Source: Thermoplasmatales archaeon SW_10_69_26 (GTDB taxonomy: Archaea > Thermoplasmatota > SW-10-69-26). From it: DNA of 64,000 nucleotides. Position numbers and translations under genes: made by a program. The stretch is from contig PXUB01000025.1 in the NCBI GenBank assembly GCA_003009755.1, forward strand, positions 3,275 through 67,274, given 5' to 3'. This document shows positions 1 through 9,290 of this stretch, piece after piece. The notes under the pieces are model-generated. The model had not been told where the DNA came from, did not search any database, and saw only the letters and a program-made list of their open reading frames with translations. Numbering within the stretch: position 1 is the stretch's first letter; each line of letters begins with the position of its first letter.

Positions 1-663
1 GCGGCGGGCGACGTCGACGGCGAACTCGCGGCGGGCCTCCTCGCGGGCGGCCTGGCTCTCGGGCGTGCCGGGTTCGATGTCGGCCTCGTGGAGGTGCTGT
101 TGGAGGTAGTGCTCGTCGAAGCTCCAGTCCACGAGCGTGTAGGCGCCAGTGATCGGGACCTTGGCCGGGCGCCGAGCGTGGTCGTCGATCGTGGAGAACT
201 CGTCGGCGTGGAAGGGTTCGTTGATCGAGGGACGGTCGACGACGGCGGCCTTGTTCCAGTACTTGTTGTCGAAGCTGCGGCAGTAGCCGCGGAACTCGAA
301 GCCCTCGCTGTGTGTGACCGGGTATCGGTACATCTCCGAGCGGTGCTGTTCGCCGTCGTAGATCCAGTCGAGGCCGGCGTCCTCTTGCAGGCGGATGGCG
401 AACAGGCTGGCTTGGGAGGTGATGAGCTCGCGCTCCTCGTCGGTGAAGCCCTCGCGCTTGTCGGCGAAGAGGTCGAACAGCGGTTGGGTGTCGTCGCCGA
501 GACCGAGCCGGTCGGCCCACTGGCGGGCCTCGGTGACGTCCTCGTCGGTGACGCGTTCCTCGCGCTTGGGTTTGACACGCCACTCGGGCTTGGCCAGCGA
601 ACCGATCTCGTGGACGACGAGCTCGTCCTTGGCCAGGGGATCGTCGGGGTTGGGGGCACTCAT
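1..663 (-). CDS. metE: Cobalamin-independent methionine synthase, catalytic (MetE C-terminal-like) subunit; runs off window start
   Basis: Manual translation from ATG 663 gives MSAPNPDDPLAKDELVVHEIGSLAKPEWRVKP. It has an ATGA overlap with the upstream gene and lies in an operon with MetE-N-like and MTHFR genes. Confidence 0.8.
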   Translation of the reverse strand, partial: MSAPNPDDPLAKDELVVHEIGSLAKPEWRVKPKREERVTDEDVTEARQWADRLGLGDDTQPLFDLFADKREGFTDEERELITSQASLFAIRLQEDAGLDWIYDGEQHRSEMYRYPVTHSEGFEFRGYCRSFDNKYWNKAAVVDRPSINEPFHADEFSTIDDHARRPAKVPITGAYTLVDWSFDEHYLQQHLHEADIEPGTPESQAAREEARREFAVDVARR

Positions 664-1634
664 CGGGGGTCACCTCCGAGCTTGGCGGTGGCTTGGCGGG
701 CGGCCTCGCCCAGGACCCGGACCTTGCGGCGGGCGATCGTCTCCGGGACGTGCTGCAGGGAGCCGTTGGGGGCCAGGTAGACCTCCTCGGCGTCGCTGCG
801 TCGGGCGGCGTCGTCGATCGTGGAGACGAGCAGGTCCTCGCGTTCGACGAGGCTCGAGCGTGCGTCGACGAGGCCGAGGCCGGGGTCGGTGCCAGCGGGC
901 AGGGCCTCGAGCACGTCGCGATCCGAGCGGTGCAGGTCGACGATGGCGACGTCGACGGGGGCGCTCAGGCCGGCCTCGATGGCGGGAGCGGCGTCCTGGA
1001 AGGCCAGCTGCAGGTGGACGTCGACGTCGGCGGTCTCGGCCACCTCGGCCAGGCTGCCCTGCAGCGCCTGGGGGTTGGGGTGGCGGGCCAGCCAGGGGTC
1101 GGCCAGCGCGATCGCGCCGGCGGGCTCGGCCAGCGTGTCGAGGATGGGCGGGTAGATCTCCTCGGCGAAGGCCTGGGCGAGGTCGGCGTCGGGGTAGTTG
1201 CCGTCCTCGTCGCGGGCGGCGGTGACCCACGCGGTGGGGCTGGGCAGCGTGTACAGGCCCTCGGCGGTGCCCACGTCGGGCAGGGCCTGGTCCTCGAAGG
1301 TGGGCAAGCCCTGGCGGTCGAGAGTCGGCGAGCCGTCGACGTCGGGGCGCCGGTAGAAGGTGTTCGTGTCGATGAAGCGGGTGAGGGTGTCGGTCTCGAG
1401 GTTGTCGACGATGGCCTGGAAGGGGCGGAAGTGGTCCTGCCAGGTGATCTGGCCCGGGCTGGGCAGCCCGAACCCGGCGCGGGTCTGCACGCCGAGCAGG
1501 TTCTCGAGGTCGCGGATCTGGTCTTGGATCAGTTGCTCGTCGTCGACGCGGTCGCGGTCGTGGTCGCGCGTCGTCTGGACGAGGCGTTCGCTTCGCGCAT
1601 AGATGCCGGGGATGATCGGTTCGATGGCGGGCAT
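660..1634 (-). CDS. MetE N-terminal-like subunit (split MetE)
   Basis: C-terminal part of ORF 660..2300 from MPAIEPIIPGIYARSE. Motifs GQITWQDHFRP, TRFIDTNTFYRRP, GLGLVDARSSLVE and LQHVPETIARRKV are typical of the MetE N-terminal barrel. Confidence 0.8.
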   Translation of the reverse strand: MPAIEPIIPGIYARSERLVQTTRDHDRDRVDDEQLIQDQIRDLENLLGVQTRAGFGLPSPGQITWQDHFRPFQAIVDNLETDTLTRFIDTNTFYRRPDVDGSPTLDRQGLPTFEDQALPDVGTAEGLYTLPSPTAWVTAARDEDGNYPDADLAQAFAEEIYPPILDTLAEPAGAIALADPWLARHPNPQALQGSLAEVAETADVDVHLQLAFQDAAPAIEAGLSAPVDVAIVDLHRSDRDVLEALPAGTDPGLGLVDARSSLVEREDLLVSTIDDAARRSDAEEVYLAPNGSLQHVPETIARRKVRVLGEAARQATAKLGGDPR

Positions 1635-1638
1635 GGGG

Positions 1639-2607
1639 TCACGTCCGTTGGTTCTCGAGCTCGTGCCAGTCGAGCAGGCTGTCGAGGCGGTCGAGCAGGA
1701 CCTCGCTGGCGTCGAAGTTGTAGCGCATGATGTGCTCGACGTTGATGCCGATCGGTACGTCGAGATCGCGGCGGTCGGTGAAGGTGAGGATCTCGCGGAG
1801 CAGGTGCTCGGCGACGCGCACGCTGCGGTCCAGGGGGTTGGCGCGGGCTTGGAACACCCAGTTCTTGACCTCGTCGGGGATGCGGACGCCCAGCCACTCG
1901 AGGAAGCGGGCGTCCTTGCGGCCGGTGATCGGGGCGAAGGAGAGGAACACGGGCGCCGGGTCGACGCCGTGTTCGCGGCAGGCTCGGTCGTAGTCGACGA
2001 GCAGCTGGCGGGTGCTGTCGGCTTCGTAGATGACCTGGCTGGTGAAGAACTCGGCGCCGTCGTCGATCTTGGCGAGCATGCGCTCGGGTTCGTCGAGGTC
2101 TTCCCGGCGCCGGGTGGGGATGGTGATCGCGCCCAGGCAGGGGTCGAGGCCGACGTCCTGGCCGACCTCGCGGGCCAGCTGGGCGGCCGCGGGCACGCTG
2201 GGCCCGGGGTAGTCGACGTCGCTGGACTCGCCGCCGACGATGACGACGCTGTCGATGCCGAACTTCTCGTACGTGGCGCGGAACCATTCGCGCTGGGCAT
2301 CCGCTTCGTCGTAGACGACGGCGTGGTTGACGACGAGGTCGATGTCGCCGTCGAAGACGTCCTGGATCGTCATCCCGAAGTTGCGCGGGTCGTACTTCTC
2401 CATGAAGCCGGCCACGCGGTCGCCGTTGCGCTCCTCGTTGCGGATCTCCGGGATGTTGATCGCGTCGATGCCGTGGTCGACGAGGAGGTTGGCGATGTAG
2501 GCAGCCTGGTCGGCGATCGTCTCGCGAGGCGCCGAGCGGTCGGGCGGGATGACCTCGTACAGGGTCCACGGCTGCGAGCCCTCGCGCAGCTCGGTGGCGA
2601 AGCTCAC
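1639..2607 (-). CDS. Methylenetetrahydrofolate reductase-like protein (resembles mycobacterial Mfr type)
   Basis: Motifs YEVIPP, GAITIPTR, ERMLAKIDDGAEFFTSQVIYE, VFLSFAP and FLEWLG; first gene of the met operon. Confidence 0.75.
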   Translation of the reverse strand: MSFATELREGSQPWTLYEVIPPDRSAPRETIADQAAYIANLLVDHGIDAINIPEIRNEERNGDRVAGFMEKYDPRNFGMTIQDVFDGDIDLVVNHAVVYDEADAQREWFRATYEKFGIDSVVIVGGESSDVDYPGPSVPAAAQLAREVGQDVGLDPCLGAITIPTRRREDLDEPERMLAKIDDGAEFFTSQVIYEADSTRQLLVDYDRACREHGVDPAPVFLSFAPITGRKDARFLEWLGVRIPDEVKNWVFQARANPLDRSVRVAEHLLREILTFTDRRDLDVPIGINVEHIMRYNFDASEVLLDRLDSLLDWHELENQRT

Positions 2608-2740
2608 GGGCTCGCCCCCCGGTCGATGCGCCGTGCCGGGACCACCTCATGCTCACCGTTCATATCTGGATTCTGCCGTATGCATCGACAGTCGGAGGGA
2701 CTACAAGAGCGTTGCGGTCGCCCTGCACCGTCAGCCGCCC

Positions 2741-3316
2741 CTACCGGGTATCGTGAACCTCGTCGAGGGTACCCAGCAGGTCGGCCTTCGTGATCACGCC
2801 GACGGCTTGGCCGGCCTCGACGACGAGCACGGCATCGCGGTGCTCGAGCATGCGCACGGCCTCGTCGACAGCCTCGTCGGGATCCAGGGCCGGGAACGGG
2901 GCCCTCATGACCTCGCGGACGGGACGTTGGGCGACCTCGGGGGCCTGGCTGTCAGCCAGCTCCTGCACGACGTCGCGCTCGCTGAGGGATCCCACGGGGA
3001 CGCCCTCGTCGACGACGGGCAGCTGGCTGTAGCCGCGTTCGCGCATCTGGTCGACCGCGTCCCGGATCGCGGCGCCGGGCTCCACGCTCACGACCGGCCG
3101 GCTCATCACGTCCTCGGTCCGGCGCTCGCGTCTCTGGGCCCGGTTCAGCGCGTCCACGATCGCCCGCAGCGACGAGTACCCGGGATCGACCTCGCCGAGC
3201 TCGACGCGAGCCACGAAGGACTGGCTGACGTCGGCGGCCTCGGCCAGCTCCTGCTGGGTCAGGCCCCGACGGACGCGTTCGGCTCGGAGGTCCTCGGGCG
3301 TGGGCAGCTCCAGCAT
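2741..3316 (-). CDS. XRE HTH + tandem CBS domain transcriptional regulator
   Basis: MLELPTPEDLRAERVRRGLTQQELAEAADVSQSFVARVE followed by a CBS pair (GYSQLPVVDEG, GVITKADLL). Confidence 0.9.
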   Translation of the reverse strand: MLELPTPEDLRAERVRRGLTQQELAEAADVSQSFVARVELGEVDPGYSSLRAIVDALNRAQRRERRTEDVMSRPVVSVEPGAAIRDAVDQMRERGYSQLPVVDEGVPVGSLSERDVVQELADSQAPEVAQRPVREVMRAPFPALDPDEAVDEAVRMLEHRDAVLVVEAGQAVGVITKADLLGTLDEVHDTR

Positions 3317-3460
3317 CCCACCGCCTTCACGCGGGGCAGGGGTTATCACCTTCGCGGTCCGCGGCTGGCCTGGCCAGCCTGGCCCACGTTGGTGCGGTCG
3401 TGAACGGGTGCGCGCGACAGCCGGACAACGCCCATGGGGCGGCCCGGGCCCGGGACGACC

Positions 3461-3829
3461 ATGCGCGATGGATGGCCCGCATGGGCGCAGGACGCGTGGC
3501 GGTCGATGAGCCTCGAGGAACGCGAGCGAGCGCGGACGGTGTGGTCGGTGCTGGCCGGCGCCTTCGAGGGCGCCTTGGTCGGACCGGGTCCGCTGGTCCG
3601 CCACCTGGTCGACGAGGGCCGCATGGGCCACCGCTCGACGATGGAGACGTTGGGTCTGCTCGTCGAGCACGGCTTGGTGCACACGCGACCGGCCACCGAG
3701 GGCACGATCGTGTGGATCCCTGAAGCGTTGATGCCGGCCGAGGACCAGGGCCGGGAACGGCCGCGTCCGCGGTTCGCGGCCACGCGGCGATCCAACGGCT
3801 CGGCCAGCCAGGCCAGGGCATCGGCGTGA
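3461..3829 (+). CDS. Hypothetical protein, possible wHTH
   Basis: Fills the gap divergent from HTH-CBS; ETLGLLVEHGLV resembles a wHTH recognition helix and wing. Confidence 0.4.
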   Translation: MRDGWPAWAQDAWRSMSLEERERARTVWSVLAGAFEGALVGPGPLVRHLVDEGRMGHRSTMETLGLLVEHGLVHTRPATEGTIVWIPEALMPAEDQGRERPRPRFAATRRSNGSASQARASA

Positions 3830-3883
3830 GGGCCCTGGCCTGTCGGCCCCAAAGCCCGTGTACCCGTTGCCTGTTCCCCGCCC

Positions 3884-5221
3884 GTGGACGATCGCTTCGA
3901 CGACGTGAGCTTCGGGTCCTCCGGGATCCGTGGCCCCTACGGCGAGCACGTCGATCCGACGTTGGCGCTGGCCCTCGGTCAGGCCACCGCCACCCTGGCC
4001 GACGACGTCATCGTGGGCCGGGACCCCCGGACGACGAGCTCGTCCCTCGAGCAAGCCTTCGTCGCCGGCGCGACGGCCGGCGGCGCCCGCGTGCGGTCCC
4101 TCGGCGTCGCTGCGACCCCGCTGGTCGGGTACGGGGCTCGCGAGGCCGACGTGGGCGTGATCGTGACCGCCAGCCACAACCCGGCGGCCGACAACGGCTT
4201 CAAGTTCTTCTCCGAGGACGGGTCGGCCATCGACGACAGCCGCCGCAAGCGCCTGCTATCGGCGCTGCGGGGGCTGCCCGAGCTCCCCAGCTGGGAGGAG
4301 GCCACCGAGGTCTCGCAGGCGCCCGGCGTGGTCGACGGCTACAAACGGGCGATCATCGACGAGGTCGGACCCCTGTCCGGGGACCCGCGCATCGTGGTCG
4401 ATCCCGGGCACGGCGCGGCCTCGCACCTGTCGCCTCAGCTGTTGCGGGACGCGGGCGCCCGCCCGCTAACCGTGAACGCGACCCCGGACGGGACGTTCCC
4501 GGGTCGGCCCAGCGAGCCGCGGCCCGAGCACCTCGAGCACCTCAGCGCCGTGACCGAGGCCACGGACGCGATCGCCGGCATCGCCCACGACGGCGACGCC
4601 GACCGGCTGGTGGCCGTCGACGAGAACGGCCGCATGCTTCAGGGCGATCACGTGATCGTGCTCCTGGCTCGCTCGCTGCGCGCTGACGCGATCGCGGTCC
4701 CGATCGATACCAGCCGCCTCGTCTGGGAAGCCCTCGAGGACGTGGACATCGAGGTCACGCCCGTCGGGGACACCTACATCAGCGAGCGCGTCGAACGGAC
4801 CCACGGGGACTTCGGCGGCGAGGCCAGCGGCGCCATGATCTTCCCCGGCGTCTCCCTGACGCCGGATGGCCCCCACGCGGCCGTCCGGTTGGCGCAGATC
4901 GCCGACCGCCACGACGGCCTGGCCGACCTCGTGGACGAGATGCCCTCCTATGCCACGGTGCGCGAGAGCCTGGACTGCCCCGAGACGGCCAAGCAGCCGG
5001 CGATGGCGCAGATCCAGGACGAGCTGGAGGCCGTGGGCGACACGACGAGCCTCGACGGCGTGCGCGTGGACACCGACGACGGCTGGGCCCTCGTCCGCCC
5101 CTCGGGCACCGAGCCCAAGCTGCGGATCACCGCCGAGGCCGACACCGACACCGAGGCCCGCGGCGTGTTCAACCTCGTCGAGGGCATCGCCCGCCAATCC
5201 GTGGCGGAGGTCGCTCGATGA
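3884..5221 (+). CDS. glmM: Phosphoglucosamine mutase / phosphohexomutase
   Basis: Motifs FGSSGIRG, VTASHNP, HDGDADR and RPSGTEP; overlaps glmU. Confidence 0.9.
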   Translation: MDDRFDDVSFGSSGIRGPYGEHVDPTLALALGQATATLADDVIVGRDPRTTSSSLEQAFVAGATAGGARVRSLGVAATPLVGYGAREADVGVIVTASHNPAADNGFKFFSEDGSAIDDSRRKRLLSALRGLPELPSWEEATEVSQAPGVVDGYKRAIIDEVGPLSGDPRIVVDPGHGAASHLSPQLLRDAGARPLTVNATPDGTFPGRPSEPRPEHLEHLSAVTEATDAIAGIAHDGDADRLVAVDENGRMLQGDHVIVLLARSLRADAIAVPIDTSRLVWEALEDVDIEVTPVGDTYISERVERTHGDFGGEASGAMIFPGVSLTPDGPHAAVRLAQIADRHDGLADLVDEMPSYATVRESLDCPETAKQPAMAQIQDELEAVGDTTSLDGVRVDTDDGWALVRPSGTEPKLRITAEADTDTEARGVFNLVEGIARQSVAEVAR

Positions 5222-6438
5222 GCACGCCTCGACACGCCGTCGTGCTCGCGGCCGGCGCCGGGACGCGCGCCTGGCCGTTCACGGAGACCCGCGCCAAGCC
5301 GCTGTTGCCGGTCGGGCCCGAGACCCTCGTCTCGCGTCTTCTCCGCCAGCTCGGCGAGGCCGGCATCGAGGAGGCGACCGTCGTGGCGCCCGAGGCCAAG
5401 GGACCGGTGGCCGACCACGCGGCTGACGCCGGAGCCCACCACGGTCTCACGGTCGACGTCGCCGTGCAACAGGAAGCCCGCGGCACCGGGCACGCCCTCC
5501 AGCAGGCCGACCTGCCGGAGGAACCCGTGCTCGTCACCAACGGCGATCTGGTCCTGCCCGAGGGCGGCCTCCAGCGGTTCGTCGAGGCGGGGGAGACCGT
5601 GCTGGGCGCGGCCGAGGTCGACGACGTCTCCGGGTACGGCGCCCTCCAGACGGAGGGGGACCGGGTGGCGGGGATCGCCGAGAAGCCCGATCGGGCCGAG
5701 CCGGGCCTGGTCAACGCCGGCGTGTACCTGCTTCCGCCGCGCGTGCAGGCCTACCTGGGCTCGATCGAGGAGAGCCCACGCGGCGAGGTAGAGCTCACCG
5801 ACGCGCTCGAGGCTGCGATCGGTGCCCACGAGGAGGTGCGCGTGCACGCCTTCGAGGACTGGCTGGACGTCGCCTGGCCGTGGGAGCTGTTGGGCGCCAA
5901 CCGGCGCGCGCTCGACGACCTGACGCCGGGCTTGGCCGGGAAGGTCGAGTCCGGCGCCCGCGTCGACGGGCCGGTGCGCGTCGAGCGGGGGGCCGTCGTG
6001 CGCTCGGGCGCCGTGCTCGAGGGCCCGGTGCTCGTGCGATCGGGCGCCGAGGTCGGACCCAACGCCTACGTGCGCGGCGCGACCACGATCGGACCCGACG
6101 CGAAGGTCGGCCACGCCTGCGAGGTCAAGAACAGCGTCCTCATGGCCGGCGCCAAGGTCCCCCACGTCAGCTACGTCGGGGACAGCGTGCTCGGGGCCGA
6201 CGTCAACCTCGGCGCGGGCACCCAAGTGGCCAACCTCCGCCACGACGAGGCCGACATCCAGGCCCGAACCAAGCGCGGCACGATCGACACCGGGCGGCGC
6301 AAGCTCGGCGTCGTGCTCGGAGACGGAGCCAAGACGGGCATCAACGCGACGCTGAACGTCGGCGTCGTGCTCGGCCCGGGCGAGACGGTGAAGCCCGGCG
6401 AGACGGTGGACGAGAGCCGCGTCGACGGGGAGAGCTGA
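5218..6438 (+). CDS. glmU: Bifunctional sugar-1-phosphate nucleotidylyltransferase/acetyltransferase (archaeal GlmU)
   Basis: LAAGAGTR..P, EKP, hexapeptide repeats, HVSYVGDS and ANLRHD. Confidence 0.9.
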   Translation: MSTPRHAVVLAAGAGTRAWPFTETRAKPLLPVGPETLVSRLLRQLGEAGIEEATVVAPEAKGPVADHAADAGAHHGLTVDVAVQQEARGTGHALQQADLPEEPVLVTNGDLVLPEGGLQRFVEAGETVLGAAEVDDVSGYGALQTEGDRVAGIAEKPDRAEPGLVNAGVYLLPPRVQAYLGSIEESPRGEVELTDALEAAIGAHEEVRVHAFEDWLDVAWPWELLGANRRALDDLTPGLAGKVESGARVDGPVRVERGAVVRSGAVLEGPVLVRSGAEVGPNAYVRGATTIGPDAKVGHACEVKNSVLMAGAKVPHVSYVGDSVLGADVNLGAGTQVANLRHDEADIQARTKRGTIDTGRRKLGVVLGDGAKTGINATLNVGVVLGPGETVKPGETVDESRVDGES

Positions 6439-6599
6439 GGCCGACCTCCACCCGGTGGCCCTCGTCCCCACGGCCCTGGGTCGCGATCGGTCCGCGACCG
6501 GCCGTTCCCTCGAGCGCTCGAGCTTCCCGGCCGTCGGGCGGCCGGTTCAAGGGGGCAGAGGGGAACGTTCAAGTTGTACCGGGCGCAACAATGTATACG

Positions 6600-6887
6600 A
6601 TGTCTACGACGGTGCGGATCCGGGAGGACGACAAGCAGGCCCTCGACCGGCTGCAGGCCAAGATCACCCTCGCGACCGACGAGCGGCCCTCGCTGGCGCA
6701 GGTCCTCCACCGCGTCGTCGCGTTGGCCGAGGCTCGCGAGGACGAGTTGATCGCCGACGACGAGCCGCCGGAGCTCAGCAAGGAGGAGAAGCAGCGGGTC
6801 CTCGAGGCGACGCACGATTTCGGCTTCACCACACGCGAGGAGGACATCGACGAGGTCCTCTACGGAGGAGCGGAGGACCGCGTGTGA
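6600..6887 (+). CDS. VapB-like antitoxin (RHH-type N-terminus)
   Basis: MSTTVRIREDDKQALDRL...DIDEVLYG; GTGA overlap with the PIN gene. Direct repeat TGTATACGA/TGTCTACGA at 6592-6609 is a possible operator. Confidence 0.75.
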   Translation: MSTTVRIREDDKQALDRLQAKITLATDERPSLAQVLHRVVALAEAREDELIADDEPPELSKEEKQRVLEATHDFGFTTREEDIDEVLYGGAEDRV

Positions 6888-7324
6888 GCATCCTCATCGA
6901 CACCGGAGTCTGGTTCGGCAAGCTGCATGAGCGTGACGAGCATCACGAGGACGCCCAGGGCATCGTCGCGGCCTGCCTCGACGGGGAGCACGGCTCGGTC
7001 TTCACCACGACCGACATCGTGGACGAGGCCTTCGCGCTCGTCCTCCATCGCGCTCGCGGCAACGGTCGGGGGATGGTTCGCGATCTCGCAGGGTACACAG
7101 GCTTCACGGAGGATCGACCGACGATCGCGACCGTGGTCGACACCGACCGTCGTCGCCAGCAGGAGGCGTGGCCGGTCTTCGAGCGCCACTACGAGGACAA
7201 GGGCCTCAGCTTCACCGACTGCACGAGCCTCGTCGCGATCCGCCGGCGGGGCATCGACGCCATCGCCAGCTTCGACGACGGCTTCGACGGTCTCGTCGCG
7301 ACGGTGCCGGAGACCGCGCCGTGA
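6884..7324 (+). CDS. vapC: VapC PIN-domain ribonuclease toxin
   Basis: Motifs ILIDTG, DEHH, IVDE, LSFTDCTS and IASFDDGFD. Confidence 0.9.
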   Translation: MSILIDTGVWFGKLHERDEHHEDAQGIVAACLDGEHGSVFTTTDIVDEAFALVLHRARGNGRGMVRDLAGYTGFTEDRPTIATVVDTDRRRQQEAWPVFERHYEDKGLSFTDCTSLVAIRRRGIDAIASFDDGFDGLVATVPETAP

Positions 7325-7386
7325 GGGCCCACCGGCTTCGAGAGCAAGTCGAAGATGCAGTCCGAAAAGACTTAGTGTTACTACAA

Positions 7387-7398
7387 CGAACTTGTTCG
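7387..7398. promoter_or_regulatory. Palindromic candidate operator CGAAC-TT-GTTCG
   Basis: Lies just before ATG 7401 and downstream of AT-rich CGAAAAGACTTAGTGTTA (BRE/TATA-like). Confidence 0.4.
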
Positions 7399-7400
7399 AA

Positions 7401-7736
7401 ATGGGGATCACGACGCGGACGCGAGAGAAGCTCGCCCGAGCGATCCAGCCTCACGCGCTGGGTCGGGGCCTGACCGTCGCCCAGGTGCGCAAGCTCTACC
7501 CGGCCGAGGCCGTGCGGCGCACCAGCGTGATGGAGGCCCTGCGCGACCTGGAGGCGATGGGCCGGATCGAGTGGGTCGGGGAGAGGGTCCGCTGGGTGGG
7601 GCCCCTCGAGGTCGAGCGGGTCTTCGGGGAACAGAGCAAGCGGGTCGAGCGCGACCGCCGCCTCGACCGGGCCCAGCGCCTGGCACGGGCCATCGAGGTC
7701 TCGGAGGAGCTGATCGCGGTCCGCGGGAGCGCATGA
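7401..7736 (+). CDS. wHTH protein, putative antitoxin of the adjacent nucleotidyltransferase
   Basis: GLTVAQVRKLY...SVMEALRDLEAMGRIEW; ATGA overlap with the NTase gene. Confidence 0.65.
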   Translation: MGITTRTREKLARAIQPHALGRGLTVAQVRKLYPAEAVRRTSVMEALRDLEAMGRIEWVGERVRWVGPLEVERVFGEQSKRVERDRRLDRAQRLARAIEVSEELIAVRGSA

Positions 7737-8266
7737 GCCGCCTCCTCGGCGCCCTCCACGGTTCGCTGGAAGCCCTCGAGGCCGAGGGCATCCCGCATGC
7801 GATCTCGGGCAGCCTGGCGGCCGCCCACCACGGCTACGTCCGGGCGACCGAGGACGTGGACATCCAGGTAGCCATCGAGAGCCCGACGGAGTTGCAGGCG
7901 GCAGCGGGGCGCTTGGCCGACGGCGTGCACCGGATCGACGCGAGGACATGGTCCTTCGCCCGAGAGGTGACCGTCGAACTCTACGAGGTCCGCGATCGGC
8001 TCGACGAGGAGGCCATGGCCCACCGGGTCGAGGGCCCCCTCCCCGGAGACGAGGAGACCACCGCCTCCTTCGTCGGCCTGGAGGAGCTGATGGTCCTCAA
8101 GCTCCGAGAGCACGTCCGCCACGGCCACGGCCTCAAGCACGTCGCAGACGTGCAGCAGTTGCTCGCCCGCAACCACGACCGCCTCGACGGCGAGCGGCTC
8201 GACGAGCTGTTGGCCCTCGATCCCGAGTGGCGGGAAACCTGGGACGAGCTCGTCGAGACCTCCTGA
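7733..8266 (+). CDS. Pol-beta-superfamily nucleotidyltransferase (AbiEii/DUF6036-like)
   Basis: ISGSLAAAHHGYVRATEDVDI (GS..DxD), EELMVLKL and KHVADV. Confidence 0.8.
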   Translation: MSRLLGALHGSLEALEAEGIPHAISGSLAAAHHGYVRATEDVDIQVAIESPTELQAAAGRLADGVHRIDARTWSFAREVTVELYEVRDRLDEEAMAHRVEGPLPGDEETTASFVGLEELMVLKLREHVRHGHGLKHVADVQQLLARNHDRLDGERLDELLALDPEWRETWDELVETS

Positions 8267-8612
8267 GCCGATCGCCCCCCAGCCGGCGCTCTCCAGCCTG
8301 GCCGTCGTCGGGTTCCGCGTTCGAGCAGAGGACCGGATCGCTGGAGGGGTAGTCGGTGTCGGCGTCCCCAGCGAGCCCGCCAAGATGGGCCCCAACACCA
8401 CACTGAACGTCGACCTGCTCCTGGGACCCGACCACGAAGCTCGCGAGGGTTCCACAATGGAACGCTACGTCGTCGACGGCCGCGAGGCCGCCAGCGGGAT
8501 GGACGGCACGGTCCGTGGAGGCCGGTCCGAACATCTGTGCCCCCGCGGACTCGACTTGAACCACTAGCCCGGTTTCCTTCCATACTCCGCGGTCTGCGTG
8601 GAGGTGGACGGT

Positions 8613-8676
8613 GGGAGAAGAGGAGGAAGAGAGGGGGGAGAGCCCGGCGCAGGGTCGCGGAGGGCCAGCGCCGGGC
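8613..8676 (-). terminator. Hairpin plus C/T-rich tract downstream of the pilin pair
   Basis: GCCCGGCGC (8642-8650) pairs with GCGCCGGGC (8668-8676), followed on the minus strand by a pure pyrimidine tract. Confidence 0.55.
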
Positions 8677-8693
8677 GAGGGGATGGATCCAGC

Positions 8694-9278
8694 CTACGTC
8701 GTGTCCTTGGGCATCTCCTTGCAGTCGATCGAGACGTCGAGGATCGTGCTGTCGCGCACGGACATGGTGACGATGTGGTTGCCCTCCTTCTGGCAGGGGA
8801 GGTAGAGGTACTCGCCCACGTCCCAGTCGTTGCTGGCTAGGTCGGTGAAGAAGCGCTCCGTCTCGTCGGCAGTGTCCAGCGTTCCGTCACCGCCGTGGTC
8901 TCGCAGGCACTCGCCTTGCGCGGAGTCGGAGGCGCTGGCACCGCCGTTCTGCGCGGCCACGCACAGGTGGGCATCACCGAGGCTGTTCCCATCGGAATCG
9001 GTGGCCGAGTAGGTTACGTCGTCCTCCTTGTAAGCGGCGTTCTCACCTTGGGTCAACGTGACCTGAATCCACTCCTCGTCGCCGTTGTCGTTCAAGTCGA
9101 TGGCTTTGGCCGTGGCGCTGGCCTGCTCGGGTCCGTCCTGTTCGCTGGCGAACCCGCTCACCCACACGTACACCGTCGCCGCCAGGACCACCGTGATCGC
9201 CACCATCAGGATCACGGCGATCACCGGTGAAACGCCCTCGTCGGAACGGAGCTTCTCGATAGCTTTCTCGATGCTCAT
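8694..9278 (-). CDS. Archaeal type IV pilin
   Basis: Class III signal peptide RSDEG|VSPVIAVILMVAITVVLAATVYVWV; four Cys in the head domain. Confidence 0.9.
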   Translation of the reverse strand: MSIEKAIEKLRSDEGVSPVIAVILMVAITVVLAATVYVWVSGFASEQDGPEQASATAKAIDLNDNGDEEWIQVTLTQGENAAYKEDDVTYSATDSDGNSLGDAHLCVAAQNGGASASDSAQGECLRDHGGDGTLDTADETERFFTDLASNDWDVGEYLYLPCQKEGNHIVTMSVRDSTILDVSIDCKEMPKDTT

Positions 9279-9290
9279 CGTGGTCTCCCC

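Noticed and set aside
8267-8567. 60-aa ORF or gene remnant after the NTase
   Set aside because: No recognisable motif or clear start; at most a fragment.
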